A stretch of 64,000 nt of DNA from a virus. Its lineage: Duplodnaviria; Heunggongvirae; Uroviricota; Caudoviricetes. Position 1 is the first letter of the stretch. Each line of letters opens with the position of its first letter. The stretch is taken from IMG/VR virus record IMGVR_UViG_3300036768_001066, one strand, 5' to 3'. The translations under genes and the position numbers were made by a program. Of the stretch, positions 26,886 to 36,186 are shown one piece after another. The notes below the pieces were generated by a model that saw only the letters and a program-made list of their open reading frames with translations, was not told the DNA's origin and searched no databases.

Positions 26886-28616
26886 ATGGCAGAGCAACCA
26901 AGCATATTCAAGAAGAACCGACTCGCGATAGAACTGCTCATCGAGGACTCGATAAACTTCACCGTCGACAAGTTCCGCCAGAGCAGGACCAACTTCACGG
27001 TAGCATCCGCTTATGGCCAGATAATCTTTGTCCTGCACAACCTGGCGCAGATGATACTGTACTACATTGAGGACTCCATAACCGAGCTAAACATTAACAC
27101 GGCTACCAGGGCCAACTCGGTCACCGGTCTTGCGCGTCTCGCCGGGCACAACTCTACGAGGGCGATCTCTGCCGTCGGCGAGATCGGTCTCTCGATAAAG
27201 GCCGGGGCGGACATAGACATACCGGGGGGCACCGTCATACTGCCGAACTGGACCAAGATAAAGTGTGTGAACAACGGCCAGACATACATGCTCGACCTAC
27301 CTGGCGACGAGGTGCGCATACCTCTGGACGGGTCGAAGAACGGCACGCCAGTGAACATAATCCAGGGCCTGCTCGAATCGCAGAGCACTACCGGTACGGG
27401 CAAGCCATTACAGTCGTTCTCTCCCAACTTCAACCAGACAGTGCTCGTTGAACACTATCGTGTCAACGTGTACGTCAACGGGGAGAAGTGGAAGCTGTAC
27501 GACTCAATGTACGACATGCCGCGCGAGGCTAAAGGATGCCTTGTCAAGACTGGCATAAATTCCGGTATAGACGTTATATTCGGCAACGGTCACTTCGGCA
27601 AGATGCCTGAGCTCGGCGCCGAGATACTCGTCGAGTACGTGGTGTCATCCGGTCTCAACGGTAACCTCGTGCTCGCCACAGACGAGGAGGCCGTGTACAA
27701 GTGGGACGACGTAGGGTACAATCTGTACGGTGAGGAGCTCGACCTAAACGAACTTCTGACAGTCAGGAGTATCAACGCACCGGACTTTGGGTCCAACCCG
27801 GAGCTGCTCGAGCTCACCAGGCTCATAGCGCCGAAGACTTCCAGGTCGTACACGCTCGCTAACGAGGACCACTGCATCGTGTTCCTCGAGAAGTTCAACC
27901 AGTTCTCCATCATAGACGCGTACACCACGCCGAATGATGCGGACCTGACCGACGACAAGATAATCTACCTGTTCCTCGTGCCAGACGTCAAGAAGAAGCT
28001 GAAGTCTAACGAGAACTACTTCAACATAGACGAGTCGAGGTTCACACTCAACGACTTCCAGAAGGAGAAGGTGCTGACGTTGTTTGAGAGATCCGGGCAG
28101 AAGATAGTGAGCACCGAGCTGCAGATAGTGGACCCCAAGATAAGCAGGTTCGTCATAAACATAGCGCTGATAGTTTTTGACGACATCCCGCAGGATATAA
28201 TAAAGCAGGACGTCATAGAGAAGCTGAGCGACTACTTCTTGAACATCAGGCGAAGGGACCGTATCCCGCGCTCCGACCTCATCTCAATATTGGAGAACAT
28301 ACCGGGGATAGACTCGGTCAACATCTCGATAGTGTCAGAGATAGACGAGCGCCAGTATCAGCTTTCGCTGACGTCGGGAAGGAGCTCGACCGCCAACTTG
28401 GAGCCGCCTCGCATTGACGAGTTCGGCGACATACTCATACAGCCGGGCGAGCTCGCCATAGTGCGCGGAGGATGGACCGACAGGAGAGGCATAACATACG
28501 AGAAGGACGTAGACGACGAGGTACCGAGCTCGGTTAACATCGTCATCAAGAAGGTCATACCGAAGACGTACAACACGGGGGTAAACCAGAACACCAAATC
28601 TAATCTTAGAGGATAA
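26886..28616 (+). CDS. baseplate J-like (gp6/gpJ family) protein
   Basis: 576 aa. N-terminal ...FTVDKFRQSRTNFTVASAYGQ and C-terminal ...RRDRIPRSDLISILENIPGIDSVNISIV resemble conserved ends of the Baseplate_J family. Lies next to the gp25-like gene. Confidence 0.5.
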   Translation: MAEQPSIFKKNRLAIELLIEDSINFTVDKFRQSRTNFTVASAYGQIIFVLHNLAQMILYYIEDSITELNINTATRANSVTGLARLAGHNSTRAISAVGEIGLSIKAGADIDIPGGTVILPNWTKIKCVNNGQTYMLDLPGDEVRIPLDGSKNGTPVNIIQGLLESQSTTGTGKPLQSFSPNFNQTVLVEHYRVNVYVNGEKWKLYDSMYDMPREAKGCLVKTGINSGIDVIFGNGHFGKMPELGAEILVEYVVSSGLNGNLVLATDEEAVYKWDDVGYNLYGEELDLNELLTVRSINAPDFGSNPELLELTRLIAPKTSRSYTLANEDHCIVFLEKFNQFSIIDAYTTPNDADLTDDKIIYLFLVPDVKKKLKSNENYFNIDESRFTLNDFQKEKVLTLFERSGQKIVSTELQIVDPKISRFVINIALIVFDDIPQDIIKQDVIEKLSDYFLNIRRRDRIPRSDLISILENIPGIDSVNISIVSEIDERQYQLSLTSGRSSTANLEPPRIDEFGDILIQPGELAIVRGGWTDRRGITYEKDVDDEVPSSVNIVIKKVIPKTYNTGVNQNTKSNLRG

Positions 28617-29167
28617 TGAGATTTCTAAAGACATACGCCGGGCTCTTTGAGAGCGAGAATAGTGAGAAGAAGCTCGCGTGCGCGCTCGTATCATTCGACG
28701 TGCCACTTCTCAAGACGCTGCACTCTGCCATAGACAAGGAGGACCTCGACGAGAAAGGATTCGAGGATGAGCCGCACGTAACGCTGCTGTTCGGCCTTCA
28801 CCAGGACGAGGTCACGGCGGAACAAGCCTTCGCGTGCATGCGCAATTGCATGGGCGAGGACGGCTGCGGCGACATAACGCTCGGGCCCGTTTCAGTATTC
28901 TCCAACGACAAGTTCGACGTGCTAAAGTTCGATGCCATCGGGGATTGGCTGCATGCCACTAACAGAGAGCTGAAGGAACTGCCACACACAAACGAGTATC
29001 CAGACTACAAACCTCACTGCACGCTCGCATACCTGAAGCCAGGGCTCGGGCAGAAGTACGTTGCGCTTTTTAACGGTCTATTGTACAAAGTGAAGCCGAA
29101 AGAGTTTATATACTCAGACGCCGACAGGAACCAAACAAAAATGCCGATAGTACAAAATGCCGCTTAA
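28616..29167 (+). CDS. 2H phosphoesterase (LigT / 2'-5' RNA ligase / cyclic phosphodiesterase-like); carries the leader (MRFLKTYAGLFESEN)
   Basis: Two H-x-T-x motifs at the expected spacing: PHVTLLFG and PHCTLAYL. Confidence 0.65.
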   Translation: MRFLKTYAGLFESENSEKKLACALVSFDVPLLKTLHSAIDKEDLDEKGFEDEPHVTLLFGLHQDEVTAEQAFACMRNCMGEDGCGDITLGPVSVFSNDKFDVLKFDAIGDWLHATNRELKELPHTNEYPDYKPHCTLAYLKPGLGQKYVALFNGLLYKVKPKEFIYSDADRNQTKMPIVQNAA

Positions 29168-29402
29168 GCAAAGTTTATACGACATAGCGGAGAGCAGGAA
29201 GCGCCGCGTTCTACACAAGGGATTCAACTACAAGGGCAGGCTCTTCGAGAGGACTATGTCCAAATTCCTGTTCGCAGAGGAGAAGCGAACACAGATACTC
29301 ACGTACCTCGAAGACGTGGTATACGAGCTGATCGAGCGCGTGAAGACCATAAAGAACCACGCCAACTACATAGTACCCAAGAACTACCGCGACAAGAACT
29401 AA
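29157..29402 (+). CDS. small hypothetical protein
   Basis: 81-aa ORF overlapping its neighbours by a few nt. Confidence 0.4.
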   Translation: MPLKQSLYDIAESRKRRVLHKGFNYKGRLFERTMSKFLFAEEKRTQILTYLEDVVYELIERVKTIKNHANYIVPKNYRDKN

Positions 29403-30256
29403 TGAGGCACCTCACCGCATACAATCTGTTCGAGATGAACGCCAATCCATACATGTGGAAGTGGACGACCATCCCTGCTACCACCAATAGGGTCGCGACG
29501 TTCAATTCGGATGACGACAGATACTTCGTCGAGTTCATGTCGAGCGGGTACGACAACACGTACAAGGTGACGTTCGAGTCCGATAAGTACGGAGTCAACG
29601 CCACCGGGTTCGGTAATGCCGACAACGCTATGAGAGTGCTCGCAACGGTTCTCGATATTGTTATTGCGTTTCTCGATGAGAATGCGGAGTACGAGGTGGA
29701 GTACGAGGTGGAGTTCATAGGTGTCAAGGACGATGATGACAACGGACCTTCTAAGAGGGACCGCATATACAAGATGATGATAAAGGATTTACCAGACACA
29801 TATAAATGGGAACTGATGGGAGATAAGAAAACAATACACATAAGCAGGCAGCTTGTGTACGAATCGGAGAATAAAAAGTCGGTGGTCACATTCGACTTTG
29901 ATGGTGTGCTCCATACTGGGATCTACCCTGGTACAATACACCCTCTGCCGAGTCCGGAACTGTGGACTCCGAATGACGAGATGATTGACAAGATGCGCGA
30001 GGAGGCAAAGACTCACACGATATACATAGTCACTGCCAGAGATTCTATGCCGAACGGCGGGCCAAACCCATGGGTTAAACAATTCGTAAAAGAGAATAAC
30101 CTCCCAGTGGATGGAATTATATGCACCAATGATAGGCCGAAGAGACCGTTCCTTGAGAAGCTCGGTTCTATAAGACACTATGACGACAACCCATCGATGA
30201 AAGCGGAGATGACGGGATCTGACATAGAGTTCGTGTTCGTAGATACAAATAAATAA
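29402..30256 (+). CDS. HAD-superfamily phosphatase with an N-terminal extra domain; carries the leader (MRHLTAYNLFEMN)
   Basis: C-terminal half has HAD motif I VVTFDFDGVLHTG, later IYIVTARDS and an ICTNDRPKR region. Start overlaps the previous stop (TAATG). Confidence 0.6.
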   Translation: MRHLTAYNLFEMNANPYMWKWTTIPATTNRVATFNSDDDRYFVEFMSSGYDNTYKVTFESDKYGVNATGFGNADNAMRVLATVLDIVIAFLDENAEYEVEYEVEFIGVKDDDDNGPSKRDRIYKMMIKDLPDTYKWELMGDKKTIHISRQLVYESENKKSVVTFDFDGVLHTGIYPGTIHPLPSPELWTPNDEMIDKMREEAKTHTIYIVTARDSMPNGGPNPWVKQFVKENNLPVDGIICTNDRPKRPFLEKLGSIRHYDDNPSMKAEMTGSDIEFVFVDTNK

Positions 30257-30259
30257 ACA

Positions 30260-31354
30260 ATGAGACACCTAATAAACTTCAGACTATTCGAGGCCGAACA
30301 AAAGGACGGCCCAGTTATATTATATCTGCACGGACTTGATTCCAATCCAGGCGATAAGGGGGAATGGCTCGCGTCGCATTTCAGCAATGTGATTATGCCA
30401 CATGTGGATTATAGGAGGGAAGGATCCACCATATTCAACCAAATAATAAATCTTTTAAAAGGTAAGGAAGTATCATTGATAATAGGCAACTCGATGGGCG
30501 GGTTCCTCGCGTTTTGGCTGTGCAGAAAGCTGAACGTTCCAGGCATATTATTCAACCCGGCTTTGCATAAGCAATCGACCGATGTGCAAGTGGACCGAAC
30601 AGCAAGCGCCACCCCGACTATGACTGTTATACTCGGCAAGAAGGATACATGGATAGACCCCAATATTACGAAGAAGTGGCTCGCCGATAATTACAGCGGG
30701 AACACTGAGATAATAATGGACGATCTCGAGCACCGTATTTCTCGCGAAGAATTCCAGAAACACGTGCTGCAGCTCGTTAAGATGGACGAGAAGTCTGGCG
30801 AGATACTCGATCCGAAGAGAAACCAGTGGGTGGAGATAAATCCAAAGGAACACCCGGAACTTTCTAAGGAGTTCTTCGATCTAATATCGACAGCGTACTC
30901 AGAAATAGGTGGTCATGCAAAAATCAAAAAGCCAGAGGACGTCTTTGCCGACAAGGATTGGAACTTCTGGAGCGGAGTCGATATTCATGGAAGCCCCGAC
31001 CTCGATCTAATTGTGTTCGGACAGAAGACAAAATACGGTATAAAATTCTCCGGAGTCGGACACGACGGACAGAAGGACACGAAGAAAGTGTATCTTGAGC
31101 ATAAGGCTAAAGATTTATCTAAGATAGGTTACTACAGTGAGGTGTCCGGCAAGCTCGCGCAGATATTGATAAACAAGTATCACATCAACGTCATCAACGA
31201 CAAGGACGAGATAAAAAAGTTGATGCCAGGTAAAGATATAATGTTCTATGGCAAACATCCTACGGACCCAGATATGCTAGGCGACGGATGGTACGGTCGC
31301 GATATAGGCGGAAAAGAACACATAAAACTAATGGTGGGAAAACCAAAGATATGA
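30260..31354 (+). CDS. alpha/beta-hydrolase (YqiA-like esterase) fused to an unknown C-terminal domain; carries the leader (MRHLINFRLFEAEQ)
   Basis: VILYLHGLDSNPGDKG ... GNSMGGFLAF (GxSxG nucleophile elbow) ... typical of the YqiA/UPF0227 esterase family. Confidence 0.6.
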   Translation: MRHLINFRLFEAEQKDGPVILYLHGLDSNPGDKGEWLASHFSNVIMPHVDYRREGSTIFNQIINLLKGKEVSLIIGNSMGGFLAFWLCRKLNVPGILFNPALHKQSTDVQVDRTASATPTMTVILGKKDTWIDPNITKKWLADNYSGNTEIIMDDLEHRISREEFQKHVLQLVKMDEKSGEILDPKRNQWVEINPKEHPELSKEFFDLISTAYSEIGGHAKIKKPEDVFADKDWNFWSGVDIHGSPDLDLIVFGQKTKYGIKFSGVGHDGQKDTKKVYLEHKAKDLSKIGYYSEVSGKLAQILINKYHINVINDKDEIKKLMPGKDIMFYGKHPTDPDMLGDGWYGRDIGGKEHIKLMVGKPKI

Positions 31355-32211
31355 AGCACATAAAAACTTATAGCTTATTTGAGTCCGAGAATACCGATGG
31401 TTCTGTTTGGTATCATGGTACCGACAGTAAGTTTGACAAGTTTGATATGTCAAAAACTAAGAGCGGCCCATCGGCTTTCGGTATTTGGTTTGCTGATGAT
31501 GCAGAGCTTGCCAAGATGTTCGGAGAGAACATCATGAAATGCAAGCTGACTTACGAGAATCCGAAAGTTATAACTATGGACGAGTGGGACGCAATACGAA
31601 TGGAGCACACCAAGGATACCGAGTTTTTCAAAAATTGGAAGGCCAAGCTAATATCACAGGGATACGACGCGCTGTTCATCAAAGAACGTTTACAGAAGTT
31701 CGACGGTCACACGGTACGCGACGGTAACATGGTTGCAGTGTTCGATCAAGATGATGCAGAGATAATGAACGAGAATGTCAACGAGAATTTTACGAAGGCC
31801 GGACTCGGGAGCATGATACTAATGACCGGGGAGAAACAACCGGATGGGACGACCAGGCTCTACGCGATACCGATACAGAGAGTATTATCATACGGTAGGA
31901 AAAAAGCAGACAATACCGATGCACAGGATGCCAACATGGTTCTGCTTGGCGATGATTATTATAGGCTGACAATACAAGACGGTAAGATCAAGCCACAAAA
32001 GGTCGGGTTCAGTAGCAAGCCGAATATGCTCAAAGCGCTCGGAATGAGTGAGAAGAATCTATCCGGCGAACGGTTGAAAATCGTGCTGAACTCTAAGACG
32101 GGCAAGACACCTTTACACTGGCGTGCGCTCACTTACAGTTCCATGGGCAAGATGCTGTCAGAAATGGGCAAGGAAATAATGGAACTACCGAACATAAAGT
32201 GGTATAATTAA
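31351..32211 (+). CDS. ADP-ribosyltransferase-fold protein (H-Y-E / Tpt1-KptA-like), paralog B; carries the leader (MKHIKTYSLFESEN)
   Basis: SVWYHGTDSKFDKFD ... FGIWFADDAELAKMF ... LTYENPKV parallels paralog A. ATG at 31351 overlaps the upstream stop (ATGA). Confidence 0.5.
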   Translation: MKHIKTYSLFESENTDGSVWYHGTDSKFDKFDMSKTKSGPSAFGIWFADDAELAKMFGENIMKCKLTYENPKVITMDEWDAIRMEHTKDTEFFKNWKAKLISQGYDALFIKERLQKFDGHTVRDGNMVAVFDQDDAEIMNENVNENFTKAGLGSMILMTGEKQPDGTTRLYAIPIQRVLSYGRKKADNTDAQDANMVLLGDDYYRLTIQDGKIKPQKVGFSSKPNMLKALGMSEKNLSGERLKIVLNSKTGKTPLHWRALTYSSMGKMLSEMGKEIMELPNIKWYN

Positions 32212-32227
32212 GCAAGGATTATAATAC

Positions 32228-35200
32228 ATGTCATATAAGCACCTGAAATTTTACGATAAGACCGGCAATAACCTGAACTTCTCCTTCAACGAGGAGACCG
32301 GATACTGGGAGGGCAATATGTACTTCTCCAAGGTGTCAATTGGCCTGTACGAAAACGAACACATATTCATACTCGAGAACGTAATATACGGATCTCCTGG
32401 AGCAGACACGCTCACATTCCCAGTACTGGGTCAACAGACATCCCCGACACAGGAAGTTTGGCGTGCGAGGTGGGAGACCAACGATGCTGAGGCCAACATA
32501 TTCCAGTTTCAGGTCACCGAGGAAGACGGTGTTCCATACATTACGAGGTACGAGACCATAGACTACGGCAACCCAGCAGTAGCGTACACGGAGATAAGTC
32601 CTGATGAGCAGAAGATAGTGGTGAGCATCAACTCCGAGCCACTAAAGATAAACCTCGGATTCACGTCACCAGACGAGGACATATACGACCGTACGCTCAT
32701 CATCGAGGACATGTCGTTCCCTACGCCGAGGATAGTCGCGAAGATAGCCCTACAGGGCGAGACCGTCGGCGAGGACGACCGATTGAGATTGATGCTCGAG
32801 AACTTCGGTCGCAAGCTCACGCACAGCGACGCGATAATGCTTCGCGATTACGACATAAAAGAGGCGCTCCCGGACTACCAGATGCTGAACGAGAAGCGTA
32901 AGGAGATGTTCGTCGCGGGAGAGGACATATTCCCGTACATGGGCGCGTACAAGGGTCTCATCAACATAGTGAGGTTCTTCGGCTACCAGGACATGCGCAT
33001 CAAGGAGTACTGGCTGAATGTGGACGAGAGCTCAGAGAACTACGGTAAAGTATTGCAGATGCAGATAGATCAGCTGTTCAACGAGACGAACAAGCCGCTG
33101 TTAAAGCACCCGCTAATACCGAGCAAGACATACAGGAAGACCGGCAATTTCGGTCTGTTCTATGACATAACGGTGGAGACCGGAGAGGTGGACCAGTTCG
33201 GAATACCGGGGACACAAAACGCATTCATGTTCTCTAACGAGGAGGTGCTCTTGAAGCTTTTCGCTCTCAAAGAGAAACTCAAGCGCGAGTACGTACCGCT
33301 TAACGCGAGGATAGTCGACATAGTCGGCGAGGGTATCTACTTTGAAAGGTACGGCACCAGAAGCTGGACCGACGAGCTCAAGGTCATACCGCAGAAAGTC
33401 GGCGCCGATATAGAATTCGAGGCGGACCCGCAGGTGGGTTACATCCGCGACATCCGCAGGTTCATGACCACGAGGTTCAGTCCAGGACTCGACCTGCCAG
33501 TCGACAATTACGACAACCTCGTGAACCCGTACAGTACGGGCCAGCACTATCCGCCGTACGCCGTGCCAGGGCTGTTAGAATCCATAACCGAATTCTACGA
33601 CGAGCTCAAGAAATTCCCGTGGCCGTACAGAGACGAGAAGGACAAGTACATAGAGGACGAGCCGGGCGTAGTCGCAGGCTGTCCCGTCATTCTAAAGGGC
33701 AAGATCTCCCAATTCACGTGGGATGACCTGGACATCGCATGGGACGATACTGATGTCAATACTTTCACCTGGGATACGATAGACTTCTCCATGTTCTACG
33801 AGATAGAGTGGATAATAGAGAAATTCGGGGACAGGCCTTATTACTTCTCTATAAGGGGTAGGATACAGGACTACTACAACCTCCCACACTTTCTGCCGTA
33901 CACAGGCAAGTACAGGGTCACTATGAACATGTACGACATGTTCAACGCAAAGTCAGTAGAGATAAAGAACGAATACATAGAAGTCCTCGCAAGGGAGCTG
34001 CAGATTGCAGCATTCGCAAGATGGAGAAACTTCCCAGTATACCAGTGGGACAGCACCACAGACACCTGGGACGACCTCGCCGGTTCTACGTGGGAGTTTC
34101 CTATAGAGGGCATCAGCCTTTACAATTCACCCGTGCACGAACAGCTGATAAACTGGAAGCGCTACAGGAACCAAGAGGACGCGCAGATACTAAGTCCGTA
34201 CACCGGCAACTACGCGGACCTCAACGTCGTCATAGCGGAGAGCGAGGAGAAAGACAACCCGGCGAGAAGGTTCGGTACCACATACGCGCTCAGGTGGATG
34301 AACATGGACGTGTCATGGGACGAGCTGTACCACTCGACGTGGGACATGATGGACTACCACGGCGACTTCCTCGGCGGATTCAAGATATACAACCCGCAGA
34401 TCGGAGACCAGATAAGGATAGACGATTATCCTTGGTTCACGTTTGTGGATCAGTCGCCATCGATAGCGCCGCTCGATCTGTTCGAGGCGGTTGCGCAGCT
34501 ACAGGCGTCCACAAATCCAGGATTGATGAAGTTCGACTTCCACGTGTTCGAGGGGCCAGCATCACCTCCGTACATCAAGGCGAGCGCCAAGGCGAGCGGG
34601 GCGGACGGTTGGCACTTCGTCGACTATATGCAGGCGTCGTCACCTGGCGGCATCGTGGGAGACCCATACAGCTGGACGTATCCTACGTGGCTCGTGCAGC
34701 AGAACGACTTGACGAATTTACTCGCGACTTACCCGTCTATAGATCCTAACATGCTGTTCCTCGACACGCCTTTGCAGGACCTGATAAGTAATGCGTCGAG
34801 CAGCTATGCGTACTGGCAGGCAAAGGGATTTGTGAAGACCGAGCCGCTCGGTCCAGAATACCCTACTCCATGGGCACAGCACCGTGGGCACCTACCGTCT
34901 TGGGCTGGATCACAGTCATTCAGCAACAACGACCTCAGAGTATTCAAGGACGATTTCGAGGTCCCACTTGGCGTGCCTGTGTTCTTCATCCACAACCACT
35001 CCGAGATACCTGGAAAAGACAACACCAGGTGGGTCATCATCAACGAGGCCACCGGCGAGACCGTCATAGACGTAAAGCACGAGAACTTGATATTCAACTT
35101 CATCGAAGAGTCGACATATTCTATAGAATGCTGGGTAGACGATACGCATGGCAACCCCGCGCACGTGCTGCGCAAGGGATACGTGAAAGCGTCCGGATAC

Positions 35201-35236
35201 AAAACATTCGGCAAAACTCCATTAGACCTCAAATAA
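32228..35236 (+). CDS. large (1002 aa) probable virion structural protein (baseplate or fibre)
   Basis: Uninterrupted 3-kb ORF rich in W/Y/D with phage codon usage, between baseplate genes and further structural ORFs. Confidence 0.65.
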   Translation: MSYKHLKFYDKTGNNLNFSFNEETGYWEGNMYFSKVSIGLYENEHIFILENVIYGSPGADTLTFPVLGQQTSPTQEVWRARWETNDAEANIFQFQVTEEDGVPYITRYETIDYGNPAVAYTEISPDEQKIVVSINSEPLKINLGFTSPDEDIYDRTLIIEDMSFPTPRIVAKIALQGETVGEDDRLRLMLENFGRKLTHSDAIMLRDYDIKEALPDYQMLNEKRKEMFVAGEDIFPYMGAYKGLINIVRFFGYQDMRIKEYWLNVDESSENYGKVLQMQIDQLFNETNKPLLKHPLIPSKTYRKTGNFGLFYDITVETGEVDQFGIPGTQNAFMFSNEEVLLKLFALKEKLKREYVPLNARIVDIVGEGIYFERYGTRSWTDELKVIPQKVGADIEFEADPQVGYIRDIRRFMTTRFSPGLDLPVDNYDNLVNPYSTGQHYPPYAVPGLLESITEFYDELKKFPWPYRDEKDKYIEDEPGVVAGCPVILKGKISQFTWDDLDIAWDDTDVNTFTWDTIDFSMFYEIEWIIEKFGDRPYYFSIRGRIQDYYNLPHFLPYTGKYRVTMNMYDMFNAKSVEIKNEYIEVLARELQIAAFARWRNFPVYQWDSTTDTWDDLAGSTWEFPIEGISLYNSPVHEQLINWKRYRNQEDAQILSPYTGNYADLNVVIAESEEKDNPARRFGTTYALRWMNMDVSWDELYHSTWDMMDYHGDFLGGFKIYNPQIGDQIRIDDYPWFTFVDQSPSIAPLDLFEAVAQLQASTNPGLMKFDFHVFEGPASPPYIKASAKASGADGWHFVDYMQASSPGGIVGDPYSWTYPTWLVQQNDLTNLLATYPSIDPNMLFLDTPLQDLISNASSSYAYWQAKGFVKTEPLGPEYPTPWAQHRGHLPSWAGSQSFSNNDLRVFKDDFEVPLGVPVFFIHNHSEIPGKDNTRWVIINEATGETVIDVKHENLIFNFIEESTYSIECWVDDTHGNPAHVLRKGYVKASGYKTFGKTPLDLK

Positions 35237-35249
35237 AAACTAAACAGTT

Positions 35250-35535
35250 ATGAAGAAGCTGTTATCACTATTCGCTGCGATTATGATGTCACTGTCGCTT
35301 TTCGCGCAAGATCCATGCGGTTCAAAAATAACGGCGGTTCAGAAAAACAAGGTCAACAAGGAGGTCGATAGGTTCCTCGAGAACGAGGCTTCGGGCGCAT
35401 CTATAAACGGTCCGTTCAGGAAGAAGGTCGTAAGAATACCAGTCGTGTATCACGTGCTCTACACGGATTATCTCGACTGCAACGACTCCTTACTTAAGAA
35501 GCAAATATGGATTACACGGATTACACGGACAATAA
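35250..35535 (+). pseudogene. truncated 5' fragment of a secreted zinc metalloprotease-like gene (signal peptide plus VVRIPVVYHVLYTD)
   Basis: Signal peptide MKKLLSLFAAIMMSLSLFAQDPCG, then a reprolysin/M43-like N-terminal motif. The frame degrades after about 90 aa, where a tandem 9-mer gattacacg x2 sits at 35509-35527, and runs into the next gene. Confidence 0.35.
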
Positions 35536-36165
35536 GTGCATGTAAAAAAGATTTCTCGACAACAAATGATAAGCAAGAAACTCATAGACGGATTGTGGTA
35601 TCACGGGGACAGGCAGAAGCTTGACACCTTCGTCGGCCGTTACCTCGACGCCGAAGACTATTCCCGCGACAGGAACGCGATGGGACCCGGCATATACTGG
35701 AGCAGGCTCAAGTGGCAGGCGTCTGGTTATGCAGAGGGAAGCTACGGATCGGACCCAGGCTGGATATACACCGCAACCATGGAGCTCGATCCGGAACGCG
35801 TGCTCGACAAGAAGACTAAACCGGACGAGGCTAAGCTCAGGAAGTTCATAGACCTGTATCCGGACAAAGAGGAGCTCGAGATGAACCTGCAGAATTACGC
35901 GCAGGACATCGATATGGCGAAGGAGATGGCAGTAGAGGCCGCCATGGACAACGACAACATGCTCGACGCGGCGCTCGGGCTGTACAACGACCTGTATGGC
36001 AGAGACTCGAAGGAATTCGGAAAATCGATGACGGCCATAGGATACGACGCATATCTGCATAAGCTGCCGCAGGTGTACCACCTTGTGGTGTACAACCCTG
36101 AGATAATAAAGATAAAAAAGGTAGAGAAGAAGCTGAAGCATCTCAAGGGACGCGACGATATATAA
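35536..36165 (+). CDS. ADP-ribosyltransferase-fold protein, paralog C (no leader)
   Basis: GLWYHGDRQKLDTF ... MGPGIYWSRLKW parallels paralogs A and B. GTG 35536 or ATG 35566 as start. Confidence 0.45.
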   Translation: MHVKKISRQQMISKKLIDGLWYHGDRQKLDTFVGRYLDAEDYSRDRNAMGPGIYWSRLKWQASGYAEGSYGSDPGWIYTATMELDPERVLDKKTKPDEAKLRKFIDLYPDKEELEMNLQNYAQDIDMAKEMAVEAAMDNDNMLDAALGLYNDLYGRDSKEFGKSMTAIGYDAYLHKLPQVYHLVVYNPEIIKIKKVEKKLKHLKGRDDI

Positions 36166-36167
36166 AG
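36157..36167 (+). promoter_or_regulatory. GATATATAAAG motif instance
   Basis: Overlaps the stop of 35536..36165, 20 nt upstream of the phoH-like ATG 36187. Confidence 0.4.
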
Positions 36168-36186
36168 CATAACCAACTTAAACATA

